Notes under the pieces: model-generated
What the model was told of the DNA's origin: nothing
Seen by the model: the letters and a program-made list of their open reading frames with translations, nothing else
Database searches by the model: none
Part shown: positions 8,612 through 17,692 of the stretch, one piece after another
How positions within the stretch are numbered: position 1 is the stretch's first letter
How the letters are laid out: each line of letters begins with the position of its first letter
From: a virus
Lineage: Duplodnaviria; Caudoviricetes
Strand: one strand, 5' to 3'
Virus record (IMG/VR): IMGVR_UViG_3300032093_000121
Span: 62-64,061 of that record
DNA length: 64,000 nucleotides
Position numbers and translations under genes: made by a program

Positions 8612-9023
8612 GAAGCGCCTCCCTGATCTTCATCAGCAGTTTGCCGAGGTTGTTCTGACCTTTGCCCTTGCACTGTCCCCAGAAGGTGTCGTTCCAGGTA
8701 TTGATCTCCACTATCGGAATGTCGCCGGTCGCGAGTAACTTCCCTCGCAACTCTGGCTCTTGGAACTTCTGCCACAGGAGATCTTCCATCACCTGGAGCT
8801 TGATGTCATCCCAATCATCGCGGAGATCGAACTGACGACCGAGCCTCTTCACTTCTCCAGGACTGGTAGTTGTCTGTATCACTGAACGAATGAGAGGATC
8901 AGTCGTCTTCGCTGCGACATAGGCATGTTCGACAGTAGGATATAGTTCTCCATCCAGCTTTACCATAGCCGGATGGAAGTTGGAGAGCCAGCGAAGCTCT
9001 CCAGTGAAAGGACCTATCGTCAT
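8604..9023 (-). CDS. NADAR (YbiA-like) family protein
   Basis: LSNFHP, YPTVEHAY.AAK, W....VM..L..KF, L..TG..IVE.N.W.D.FWG, G.N.LG.LLM. Confidence 0.9.
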   Translation of the reverse strand: MTIGPFTGELRWLSNFHPAMVKLDGELYPTVEHAYVAAKTTDPLIRSVIQTTTSPGEVKRLGRQFDLRDDWDDIKLQVMEDLLWQKFQEPELRGKLLATGDIPIVEINTWNDTFWGQCKGKGQNNLGKLLMKIREALRG

Positions 9024-9553
9024 CTCATCGCTCTCAGCATATGGAAAAGAGTCTCGGTCTGTTGCTGAGCATCTCGTTCAGCGTTGTGGCTCACCTTTTC
9101 GTCAGCGACCTCTGGCATTTCACGGCCGAGGAGATCTCTGTGGACCCAGCGAACTGTCCTGAAATCGAGCTCTTGCTTGTAGGACCATCCAGGTTTCTTG
9201 CCGATAGCCTGATAGTGCTGCTCCAGGATCACCATGTCAAAGGAAGGAGAATTTCCCCAGACGTTCTTGACGTCAGCCTCAGCCAAGCGAAGGTCGAGCT
9301 TGTTGAGAGATCTTGCTAGTGACATCCGATTCTTGCCGTCTGTCGGATCGTAAGTCTGCTTTCTCCACCAATCAACAGTGTCTTGCTGAGGAGCAAAGCC
9401 TGTCTTGAAAACAACGTCGAGAAGATCAACATTGATCTGATGGCTGCTGATGATTTCCAGCTTTTCGAAATCGAAGATACAAACTCCAATTTCAAACAGC
9501 GGAGCACGAACTCCCAGACCGAGAGTTTCAATATCAATCATTGCATGGTTCAT
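9020..9553 (-). CDS. DEDD 3'-5' exonuclease (Rv2179c/DUF5051-like)
   Basis: MIDIETLG, WGNSPSFD, DFRT, HNA.RDA. Confidence 0.85.
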   Translation of the reverse strand: MNHAMIDIETLGLGVRAPLFEIGVCIFDFEKLEIISSHQINVDLLDVVFKTGFAPQQDTVDWWRKQTYDPTDGKNRMSLARSLNKLDLRLAEADVKNVWGNSPSFDMVILEQHYQAIGKKPGWSYKQELDFRTVRWVHRDLLGREMPEVADEKVSHNAERDAQQQTETLFHMLRAMR

Positions 9554-10470
9554 TGCGATCTCCACTTGACCAGCGTGGCAATCCGCATCACGATATCCGT
9601 GATATAGTTCTGTTCGATCGCTGGCTTCTCGAACGCGGAGAGGACGAGCAGCGCCCACCGATTTGTCGGTGCGCGAAGCAGGAATGTCGTGAAATATGCT
9701 CGGACGACTTGACGAATTGCTTCCGGTGATTCGTCTTTCATCAGCGTGAGAAGGTTCATGGCAGACTTGGCGTCGAACTGTTGATCGCTCAACAGCTTGG
9801 CAAGGTCATACCCTCCTGGAAGCCCCTGATCAACGCTCAGAAGCCCCTCAAGCTCGTCCTCGGACAAGGTGTCAGCTTGCTGGAGGCGTAGCAGCGCCGC
9901 CCTTGGAGAACCCTCCACAGAGCCTGCAATTCGGCTGATAGACTCGTCGTCAACAGCGATAGCTTCAATATCGCGAATTTCCATAAGAAGCTCAGCGATA
10001 GAGTTCGGCGACACAGGCTTCAGCTTGTACTCCATTGACCGAGTACGAATGGTCTTCGGCACCTTACTGATCTCAGTCGTGCAGAAAAACCAATAATTGT
10101 TCTTTGGAGGAGACTCAGTAGCCTTCAGCAAAGCATCCCAAGCATTCTTGCTGAGACGTTGGCATTCGTCAACGATGAATGCTCGTGATCCACCCATCAT
10201 GGGCGAAAGATGTTGTCGCTCAACGAGCAGACGCATCTCATCCACGCCAGAGTTTGAGGCAGCGTCGAACTCCTCAATATCGAAGCCACTCGCACCTAGC
10301 ATGTCAGCGCAGATCCTGGCGAGAGTAGTCTTGCCAGTTCCACTCGGACCTTCAAAGAGAAAGGTTGAATGCTTCCGCTCCTCAATGATCTTTGTCAGAC
10401 CTTTGGTGATGTGGGACTGACCAAGAACTTTGTCCAGAGTCTTCGGTCTGTAAGTTTCAGTGATATTCAT
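9550..10470 (-). CDS. DnaX (Pol III gamma/tau)-like clamp-loader AAA+ ATPase
   Basis: YRPKTL..VLGQ, GPSGTGKTT, DAASNSGVD, DECQRLS..A..ALLK..E.PP, TIRTR. Confidence 0.85.
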   Translation of the reverse strand: MNITETYRPKTLDKVLGQSHITKGLTKIIEERKHSTFLFEGPSGTGKTTLARICADMLGASGFDIEEFDAASNSGVDEMRLLVERQHLSPMMGGSRAFIVDECQRLSKNAWDALLKATESPPKNNYWFFCTTEISKVPKTIRTRSMEYKLKPVSPNSIAELLMEIRDIEAIAVDDESISRIAGSVEGSPRAALLRLQQADTLSEDELEGLLSVDQGLPGGYDLAKLLSDQQFDAKSAMNLLTLMKDESPEAIRQVVRAYFTTFLLRAPTNRWALLVLSAFEKPAIEQNYITDIVMRIATLVKWRSQ

Positions 10471-10727
10471 GCTGCGACCCTTTCCTTATTCTTGATGAAG
10501 TGGTAAACATCACCACGACGAATCTTCCCACGGTATTGGAACTTCTTCCGTGAAGGCCAGAAATCGAGCTTGAAGCCAGCCACCATTCGGGACCAGTGGA
10601 ACTCGGTATGCTTCGTCCAACCGCCGTCATCTGTTTCAATGGCCTGAGCCATAAACAATCGACGATCATTGTCGAACTTCTGCTTCGAATGTTCCTTCAT
10701 AGCATCATAAATTTCATCGCGGCTCAA
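10467..10727 (-). CDS. Hypothetical protein
   Basis: Coupled to both neighbours; LDFWPS..KF motif. Confidence 0.65.
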   Translation of the reverse strand: MSRDEIYDAMKEHSKQKFDNDRRLFMAQAIETDDGGWTKHTEFHWSRMVAGFKLDFWPSRKKFQYRGKIRRGDVYHFIKNKERVAA

Positions 10728-11023
10728 AACGGAAACTCCTCTTGTTTTGGTTGCTGAGTTACTTTCTTCACTTCAGCTTTGGTTGCACCACCAGTCCAGA
10801 ATCCAGGACCGATTTCTCCTCTGGGCTCCAGGAGCATCACCAAGGTATGACGCTTGGGATTGCTAGGAACATAAGAAACGTTGACAACGAAAGGGGCTCC
10901 CTTCACTATGACAGTTGTCCCAATGAGCAAATCCTCCGCCAGACCGTGGCCTGACAGAGTGCCCAAGACGGCGGGTTCGCCTCTCGCAGGATAACCGATG
11001 ATGACAGGATCACCTATTTTCAT
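10724..11023 (-). CDS. Hypothetical protein
   Basis: First gene after promoter 4. Confidence 0.6.
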   Translation of the reverse strand: MKIGDPVIIGYPARGEPAVLGTLSGHGLAEDLLIGTTVIVKGAPFVVNVSYVPSNPKRHTLVMLLEPRGEIGPGFWTGGATKAEVKKVTQQPKQEEFPF

Positions 11024-11053
11024 TGTTCACCAGCCCTCTTCATTGACCATCAT

Positions 11054-11082
11054 ATGATAGCCTGCCAATGTTCAAATGACAA
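11054..11082 (-). promoter_or_regulatory. Motif-family promoter 4
   Basis: TTGTCA-tttgaac..(N17)-TATCAT. Confidence 0.7.
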
Positions 11083-11084
11083 GC

Positions 11085-11294
11085 CTAACCTTTCATTTTC
11101 ACGGTCACGACACCATATTTCCTCGGCATCCAAGAGCCATTCTCTTTGCCGAAAGCCCATCCAGCGTCCATATCATAAGCGACACAGTTCGGGATATGAA
11201 CATCATCGACAAAGACTTTGTCAACCATCTTCACAGCCTCTTTGTCGTAGCTTGGAGAGATGGGGTGAATCGAGAGTTTTCTCGGAGCTATCAT
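11085..11294 (-). CDS. Hypothetical protein
   Basis: ATGA overlap with the upstream stop. Confidence 0.6.
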   Translation of the reverse strand: MIAPRKLSIHPISPSYDKEAVKMVDKVFVDDVHIPNCVAYDMDAGWAFGKENGSWMPRKYGVVTVKMKG

Positions 11295-11827
11295 GCCCAT
11301 GAAGGTCTTCCTCTGTTTGTCCACTTAGGAGCGTGAGTGTCGTTAGGCCACCGAGCCAGCAGATATTGACGATATGCCTCGGTGACAGGATCAATCCAGC
11401 TGAAGTCAATTCCAAGACTTGCGTTACGAGCAGAGTTCTGGAACGGTAGAAGTTCTCCATCTGGTAGATTGCTGGCAAATTGAGTGATGAAGTCTGTGCG
11501 ACATGCAGAAGCATGTTCTTTGCCGAAACGATGCTCGAACTCAGAGGCGAGAGCTCTGGCATGTTGAACGGTCCAACTGAAATTTCCTCGTGTCTGTCTG
11601 ACCCAGATGGACACAGGGTGATTCTTATGAGCGAATCCATCGCAGACTTTTCCGGGGCCGATCTCATTTGTCATGCAGATCAATTTCGGAAGTCCTCTGC
11701 TTGGAGTTGAGAGCTTCACTGCGAGTGAAAGCATTTGGTTTGCTTCCATGAGGAGCTTACCAACTCGTTTGTCATCGAGAGCCTGAGCAGAGAGAACAGG
11801 ATCATCGTCTGTGGCGAAAATATTCAT
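11291..11827 (-). CDS. Pyrimidine-dimer DNA glycosylase (DenV/endonuclease V-like) family protein
   Basis: MNIF..D.DP..SAQ.LDDKRV.K..E..QMLS, H.NHP...W, R.GK.H, AYRQY, KWT.R..P.W. Confidence 0.75.
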   Translation of the reverse strand: MNIFATDDDPVLSAQALDDKRVGKLLMEANQMLSLAVKLSTPSRGLPKLICMTNEIGPGKVCDGFAHKNHPVSIWVRQTRGNFSWTVQHARALASEFEHRFGKEHASACRTDFITQFASNLPDGELLPFQNSARNASLGIDFSWIDPVTEAYRQYLLARWPNDTHAPKWTNRGRPSWA

Positions 11828-11828
11828 A

Positions 11829-11888
11829 TCAACCTGCCAAGAGTTTGAGGGCGATAGCGAACCCGATTACGAAGAGGAGAATTCCCAT
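11829..11888 (-). CDS. 19-aa hydrophobic micropeptide, not in the ORF track
   Basis: MGILLFVIGFAIALKLLAG*; TAATG-coupled start; stop 1 nt before the next ATG. Confidence 0.55.
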   Translation of the reverse strand: MGILLFVIGFAIALKLLAG

Positions 11889-12193
11889 TATGCCGCTTTT
11901 ATCCTTCTGTCTTTGAACTCTGAGAATCTATTCAACCTGTCATAGATTTCAGGATATTCTGATTTAAGTTTGTCAGTCACAGATGAACACTCAAGGTGTC
12001 CACGATGACGAGACAGTTCACCATGCTCAATTCTATCAGGATAAGACTGACGCATCTTTTCTTGCCAGTATTGAGAATTGGAATTGATGAGTTCCACTTT
12101 GTCACCGTCTACGATGAGATAGTAGAAATCACAATCCCAATCTTCTGAGCGGTTCATGAACCAATCTGTGAAATCAAATACGTGGACTGACAT
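11888..12193 (-). CDS. Hypothetical protein
   Basis: AAGGAGG SD after promoter 5. Confidence 0.65.
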   Translation of the reverse strand: MSVHVFDFTDWFMNRSEDWDCDFYYLIVDGDKVELINSNSQYWQEKMRQSYPDRIEHGELSRHRGHLECSSVTDKLKSEYPEIYDRLNRFSEFKDRRIKAA

Positions 12194-12217
12194 CGTGGCC
12201 TCCTTGACTGTTGAGAC

Positions 12218-12246
12218 AAGGTAGCACCATGAAGTTCAAATGACAA
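12218..12246 (-). promoter_or_regulatory. Motif-family promoter 5
   Basis: TTGTCA-tttgaac..(N17)-TACCTT. Confidence 0.65.
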
Positions 12247-12249
12247 GTG

Positions 12250-12558
12250 CTAATTTTCATTACGGCATAATCTCAGAAGGCTTGTTAAGACATCTACCTC
12301 TGTTACGAGACTTGTGTGTCTCCAGAATGTTAGAGTGACGCCAGATAGGACATACCAATCCCACCGATACTCTTCATAGGAGATTGTTGACATCTCAAGT
12401 GAGATCAACTCATCTCCAATGATAGGAACTTCCCATGGAAGTTCAGAGGCAATGTATTCACGATAGAAGTTGCCAGCGAAACGAACGAACTTCCCATGAT
12501 TCACCCCTCCAAGGAGATATCCTTCATTCATTTCCAACCCTTCGGTAAACTGAGCCAT
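12250..12558 (-). CDS. Hypothetical protein
   Basis: Fills the operon; start could be 12531. Confidence 0.55.
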   Translation of the reverse strand: MAQFTEGLEMNEGYLLGGVNHGKFVRFAGNFYREYIASELPWEVPIIGDELISLEMSTISYEEYRWDWYVLSGVTLTFWRHTSLVTEVDVLTSLLRLCRNEN

Positions 12559-12818
12559 TTCGTTTTAGGGACTGGAGCTTTCTCCTGGGCTTCGCCAGTC
12601 TCCTTGATTCGTCCGACAATTGAACCGTTCCTATCTCTGACAATCAGATTGCCTGTGATAGTTCGTTCGGTGTAGAATTGAATCTTGCCAGTTGCATCAC
12701 GAACTTCGAGACGGTTACTGGAGGTGAGCCCAGGAGAGATTGTGAGTCTCTCCTCGGCAATCGCTTGATTAGAAAGGAATATCGTCGTCACCATCAGCAA
12801 CGACAGGCGGGTCAACAT
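12528..12818 (-). CDS. Putative exported protein
   Basis: Signal-peptide-like MLTRLSLLMVTTIFLSNQAIA; AAGGAG SD. Confidence 0.6.
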   Translation of the reverse strand: MLTRLSLLMVTTIFLSNQAIAEERLTISPGLTSSNRLEVRDATGKIQFYTERTITGNLIVRDRNGSIVGRIKETGEAQEKAPVPKTKWLSLPKGWK

Positions 12819-13962
12819 CGTCAGGCTCCTTGGCCGGAGGTTCAGGGGTGAAGTCTACAGCTTCGACGTCCATCGGGGCTTTCTGGAAAAACTGTTCGCG
12901 AAGGGCAACGAAACTGTCAAAGCGATCGTCTTCTTCGGCCCATCCGAGCTTTGGAGCAAGATCATATGTATCAACTTCGCTGAGCACCTGATGAATGCGC
13001 TTCCATTCGGACTGTTTGAACGTGATAGTGACATCTGGGTCGGTAGGCTCCGGAACATAGTAGCGATCGTAGAATGTGGAGACTCGCGACATGATGTGAC
13101 CGCCAGAATTCTTGCGGCGACGAATAACCTTGCGGAAAGTTTCGCTGGAGATCGCGTTGACATCGTCGAACTCGATCTTGGCTTCCCAGAACTTCTCCTC
13201 GTCCAGCTGAACGATCTGATCGACGAAGTCCTCGTCCGTGGACTCCATGATCAGCTGGCGAGCTTCCCAGGACGCGTACCACGAGTAGAGAGTACGGTCT
13301 TCAGTAAGACGCTGCTCGGCCGTGATGTTGTATGTGAAAGCTGACGGAACTGCCAGCTCGACGACACGCATACCACGATAGAAGAGATACTTGGAGCCGA
13401 CGTTGTATGCTTCGCAGCGGTTGCCCTTGGAGCGAAGCTCGAGATCTTTCGGCAGGAAAATCGTGTCCCGCTCGTCGTAAGCCTTGATCACCGATGGTTC
13501 GTCGATGATGATCACCGTCTTGCCGCGATGGTCGTCGTTCAGGAACGACATACCGTGAGGATCTTCGTCATCAACGACGATTGTGTAACCGTTCTCATCG
13601 CGAGTGTTAGATTCGAGCTCGCGGAAAACCTGCCACGCTTCCCAATTCTTGCCGAGTTCGGTCGTGTAGGGCATTTCCTGGTACGACCACTTCGATAGCA
13701 TTCCCTTTCGCTTCCGCATACGGATCATGTCGAACTTCTTGCCACGGAAGTCAGCTTCCTTGGTATAGAACTCGTGCTGGACGCCGTCGATCATGACAGT
13801 CATCCGGCAACCCATGCGAGCGATGACCGCAGTTGCGATCTTCAGCCCTGTTCCGAAGAATCCGATAGGGCTGGTCGTGTTTGGCTTCGAGTTGAACCCG
13901 AAGGTGGTGAATGCGCGAAGGTCGATTAGACCGTCCGTCACGAATGCGAGATGTTTGGTCAC
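12769..13962 (-). CDS. GHKL/HATPase-fold protein with permuted motif order
   Basis: G.NSK..IGFFGTGLK lid precedes W...Q.FRELESNTRDE; acidic DDDIPF C-terminus. Confidence 0.7.
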   Translation of the reverse strand: MTKHLAFVTDGLIDLRAFTTFGFNSKPNTTSPIGFFGTGLKIATAVIARMGCRMTVMIDGVQHEFYTKEADFRGKKFDMIRMRKRKGMLSKWSYQEMPYTTELGKNWEAWQVFRELESNTRDENGYTIVVDDEDPHGMSFLNDDHRGKTVIIIDEPSVIKAYDERDTIFLPKDLELRSKGNRCEAYNVGSKYLFYRGMRVVELAVPSAFTYNITAEQRLTEDRTLYSWYASWEARQLIMESTDEDFVDQIVQLDEEKFWEAKIEFDDVNAISSETFRKVIRRRKNSGGHIMSRVSTFYDRYYVPEPTDPDVTITFKQSEWKRIHQVLSEVDTYDLAPKLGWAEEDDRFDSFVALREQFFQKAPMDVEAVDFTPEPPAKEPDDVDPPVVADGDDDIPF

Positions 13963-13993
13963 TCATGGCCTCCATGTTTTATGGTACGAGTGC

Positions 13994-14022
13994 ATCATGC
14001 CATGCCGAAGTTCAATTGACAA
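13994..14022 (-). promoter_or_regulatory. Motif-family promoter 6
   Basis: TTGTCA-attgaac..(N17)-CATGAT. Confidence 0.7.
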
Positions 14023-14032
14023 GTGCCAACTT

Positions 14033-14974
14033 TCACAGGTCGAACAAATTGCCCTGAACAGCTTCCTTCTCCTTGGGCTTGACAGGAGACAAATCGTCAG
14101 CGTCCCGAAGCCCAAGGAAGACAGGGAACCTCGGGGCTTCTTTGGCACCAGACGGGAAGTGCTTGAACTTGGCCAGCTTGCCGAGATACTCGATCTGATT
14201 GTCCCAGATCTCTTTACGGAGTGCCATGTCGAACCCTGTTCCTATCCGAACCTTGTATTTCACTCCATTGTCGTAGACGCCTTCGCAGAGCAGAGCTCCG
14301 AGCGTGTCCATCGGGACAAGACCATCTTTATGCGAAGAGCGCTCTGCATAACCGTTCGCATCGACACCGAGTTCGTTCGCATTGTGCATGAGTTCAGCGA
14401 AGCCGACGATGCGAGCTTCGGCATCAGCGAACTGTTTCAATTTGATGAGCTCTCCACCTGTCGGGCTTGCTCTTCCTTGCTTGTAGTATCCACGAGGATT
14501 TCTGAGGATAACTCCTTCATGCCCTTCAGCGAGGAGATTAGCTTCATACTCCAGGATTTCTTCCATCGTACGAAGTAGCTTGGTCGGTACGATGGTGCAG
14601 AATGATGGCAGTTTGAGACCGTGTATGAAGTCGAGTCTCTCTTCGAAATTGCCCTCGTGCTGCCAATTGTCAAACACGTGAAGAGTCACGTCGTCTGGCT
14701 TCGCATAGGACATGACCGAGGAATTCGTCCGTCGGTAAGCGTCCTCAGCTGTCGGATCGCCAGCGATGATTTCTCCATCTTGCCCATTCATGATCGGGCC
14801 AGCTTCAGCGAATATCTTCTGAACCCACTCGGACCGAACGAGCTTTTGCGACCTCGTGAAAGCCTGCTCGTCCTCGCCGTAAACGCGAATTCCGTCCAGT
14901 TTCGGCTGACCATACATTGGGAGCATGGCTTGAATCTTCTCGGCAACGAACTGCCCTGCGAGCATGACCTTCAT
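14033..14974 (-). CDS. lig: ATP-dependent DNA ligase
   Basis: PKLDGIR, DGEI, VFD, EGVILR, KLK.F.D.E, IGTGF, PRFPVF. Confidence 0.92.
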   Translation of the reverse strand: MKVMLAGQFVAEKIQAMLPMYGQPKLDGIRVYGEDEQAFTRSQKLVRSEWVQKIFAEAGPIMNGQDGEIIAGDPTAEDAYRRTNSSVMSYAKPDDVTLHVFDNWQHEGNFEERLDFIHGLKLPSFCTIVPTKLLRTMEEILEYEANLLAEGHEGVILRNPRGYYKQGRASPTGGELIKLKQFADAEARIVGFAELMHNANELGVDANGYAERSSHKDGLVPMDTLGALLCEGVYDNGVKYKVRIGTGFDMALRKEIWDNQIEYLGKLAKFKHFPSGAKEAPRFPVFLGLRDADDLSPVKPKEKEAVQGNLFDL

Positions 14975-14980
14975 GCGGCA

Positions 14981-15110
14981 CCGCCAGCGGCCAAAGGCCA
15001 ATCTTTGCCATTCAGAGCGGCCTCAGAGGGGCTCTGAGCGCCCGCTTTGCCCCTTGCCGCCACCATAGGCCAGCACCACGCCAGCCGCGCCCTACGGCCA
15101 TCTGACAGTC
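14981..15110. repeat. TCWGAG-box island B
   Basis: TCAGAG/CTCAGAG/CTCTGAG at 10-11 bp spacing, about 60 nt free of TC/GA, then TCTGACAGTC. Confidence 0.7.
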
Positions 15111-15302
15111 TCATTTTGGTTCCTTTCTCATCACAGCTCGTACGATAATTATCAGCAATCCTACCGATGGCCCAAGGAGAAGGGCGATCAGATAGTGACC
15201 AAGGCTGGTCTGCTTCTTTGCTTTCCGATCATGATACATCAGACCCTCGGCGAGTAGGATTCCTACTATAAGATATACGATGAGCGCCCATCTCCATTCC
15301 AT
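15111..15302 (-). CDS. Small two-TM membrane protein
   Basis: TAATG coupling to the primase stop; two hydrophobic helices. Confidence 0.6.
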   Translation of the reverse strand: MEWRWALIVYLIVGILLAEGLMYHDRKAKKQTSLGHYLIALLLGPSVGLLIIIVRAVMRKEPK

Positions 15303-17692
15303 TAGAACGGCTCCTTCAGTATTTCATCGCTCTGGTCATTTTCATCAGTCTCCCAATGAACTTTACCATGGAGCTTTTCCCACGCTTCTCTGCACTTCTT
15401 TAATGACCCAAAGTCATAGAAATACATGCGCTTCTTCTTTTGGAATGTTCTTCCTGCCTGTTCGTCATAGACATCAGCAGTGACCCGTTTCTGGGTTCGT
15501 TCGATGTGAGGACATACCCTCGACAGAAACCTGCCAAGAGCGGTCTCGTTACCACGACGGTTGAACTTCCACTTCTCAGCGTATGCAGTGAAGTCACTGA
15601 TCATAGAGTCGCATGGAGCATCTTTTGTCCATTCGCTGTCAGTATCAAGCAGACGACCATTCTGCAACTTGCGGAACCACCACTCTTCGTCAATGCTGAG
15701 AGATAGCAGCTTCTGTTCTTGAAGTGCATCGGTCTGTGGAACATCGCGAACCTGAAAGCCATCAAGATCAATATTCTGCAAATGAAACAGCAAAGCCTCG
15801 AGACCACCGTTCTCGATCTGCTTCATCATCTCGCCGAAGTACTTCTTGTTCTGTTTGGCACCCTCCAGAACTTCTAGAACGAAGTAACGTCGCTCGTCGC
15901 CTGAGGCGCGAATAATGTGAGGATCGTTCGCAGCCATGATCAGGTGAACATAGTTCGGATACGTCTCAACGTCGACGCCCTTTTGTTCGATAGGAATGCT
16001 ATCTTCCGTAACCAGCATCTTGAGGACGGACTCATGACGCTTGTCACCTGCAAAGAATGCTTCATCAGCGAACAGGCAGATAACGTCACGAAGGTGAGCA
16101 TTGAAGTTACCGACAAGATGCGAGGGATTGGCAACGTGTAAAAAGTGACGACCGAACAACTTACCGAAGATCTTCGCTACGATCGATTTACCGACGCCTT
16201 TACCGCCTCGCATCACGATTGCGACTTCACCAGGACTTGCAGGATTCTGAACTGCTCGTGCCATCCACTTCATGAAATAATCGAAGTACTCGTCGTTTCC
16301 TCCGCAGACATTGTCATGAAGATGCTTCAGATAAAGAGAGCAATCTCCAGGCCTCGGCTCTACAGCGAAACCTCTCCACAGATTATAGACTCCTGGACGA
16401 TCTCCCTGAGGCATGAAACGCATGTAGTCGAACTGACGACGACGAGGATGGGACAACCAGTATTTCCCCAGAGGGATACGGATCGCCTTGCCTTCTTTGT
16501 CTTGACCGACCTCGACCATCATGTGCGAATATCTATTCCGAAGGTCTTCAAACGACGAGATCGTGAGACGCGACCGGTTCATGATTTCATCTTCGACTTC
16601 TTCGATCACACGGCATTTGCCACCGATATTCCCGATAATTGCATGTCGCTCGTTCATGACGCGCAGGTTCGGATCGTCGACGTGTTCCTTTGCCCTTGTC
16701 ATCTGCCTGATGGCATAGCGCTCAGAGTTCTTTGATTCACGAACACTGTCTGCAATTCCCCACTCAGGGTCTGTTATGATAGCGTAGACAACCTCATCAG
16801 GAACTCCGCAGCGGAACAACTGGCAGATGCAATCGAACAGCCATGCAGACCGACTGTTGTCGCCCTCTTTCGGTTGATCAGGGTGTCTCCCTTGGGCAAT
16901 GATCACCTTCACTCTGTCAGGGACATTCCACTCGTCGAGCTCACTTAGATCTGTAATTCGCTGGACATTCCCAGGAACATTGATCGTGTATCCAGCAGTG
17001 TCTTTTCCACCTTGATTGCCGATACCGCCTTCAATCTGGACTGCCTGAGCTTTCTTAAACTCACTGAGGTCATACGAATTCTTGTTGAACTCGAATTGGA
17101 CTGCCAACTCTTCAGTACGACCAGCTTTCTTCTTCTTTGCATCTGGAATGTTCACTGTTCCAGGAAGTCGCATAATGCGATCGACGTTGTGACAATGGTC
17201 ACCACCGAATACCTGCTCCAGCCTCTTGTTATAGAGTTCGAAGTCCTCGGCTTTCTTGACGTCGCCATCAATGTTCACAGACTGGTTGAGTTTCCAGAAG
17301 CCTTGATATCCACCACCACTGAAGATGATGACAGTCGGCTTGGGGATACCCTTCGGAATGTTGTCAGTCAGAAGCCCAAGAGCGCGATCACGTTCAGCTT
17401 TGATATCTTCACCTGCTTGAGGATCAATATCAATGTGAAGCCAGTCAGCGGACTTGATGTCTTCTTTAAGAGCTTTACTGTTGAGATCTCGGCTGACAGA
17501 GTTCACATGGAAATAGATATTTCTCTGTCCGTTGTATTTCTCAAGCCACTCGAAAAGCTCTGTTTCCTGATTGGCGTGAAATGTCGTGGTATTGATGGCT
17601 TTCTTGTCGGTCTGAATAGCAGTCAGGACCCAAGGTCCGTTCTTGTTCCATTTCTGCAAGAAGTCAATCGAGGCTCTGCTGTTTCCCTTCAT
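15302..17692 (-). CDS. Primase-helicase (RepB-like primase plus SF3/DUF5906 helicase)
   Basis: WLHIDID, SGGGYQ.FW, RIMRLPGT.N; GGKGVGKS, FADEAF, IE.KGVD. Confidence 0.88.
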   Translation of the reverse strand: MKGNSRASIDFLQKWNKNGPWVLTAIQTDKKAINTTTFHANQETELFEWLEKYNGQRNIYFHVNSVSRDLNSKALKEDIKSADWLHIDIDPQAGEDIKAERDRALGLLTDNIPKGIPKPTVIIFSGGGYQGFWKLNQSVNIDGDVKKAEDFELYNKRLEQVFGGDHCHNVDRIMRLPGTVNIPDAKKKKAGRTEELAVQFEFNKNSYDLSEFKKAQAVQIEGGIGNQGGKDTAGYTINVPGNVQRITDLSELDEWNVPDRVKVIIAQGRHPDQPKEGDNSRSAWLFDCICQLFRCGVPDEVVYAIITDPEWGIADSVRESKNSERYAIRQMTRAKEHVDDPNLRVMNERHAIIGNIGGKCRVIEEVEDEIMNRSRLTISSFEDLRNRYSHMMVEVGQDKEGKAIRIPLGKYWLSHPRRRQFDYMRFMPQGDRPGVYNLWRGFAVEPRPGDCSLYLKHLHDNVCGGNDEYFDYFMKWMARAVQNPASPGEVAIVMRGGKGVGKSIVAKIFGKLFGRHFLHVANPSHLVGNFNAHLRDVICLFADEAFFAGDKRHESVLKMLVTEDSIPIEQKGVDVETYPNYVHLIMAANDPHIIRASGDERRYFVLEVLEGAKQNKKYFGEMMKQIENGGLEALLFHLQNIDLDGFQVRDVPQTDALQEQKLLSLSIDEEWWFRKLQNGRLLDTDSEWTKDAPCDSMISDFTAYAEKWKFNRRGNETALGRFLSRVCPHIERTQKRVTADVYDEQAGRTFQKKKRMYFYDFGSLKKCREAWEKLHGKVHWETDENDQSDEILKEPF

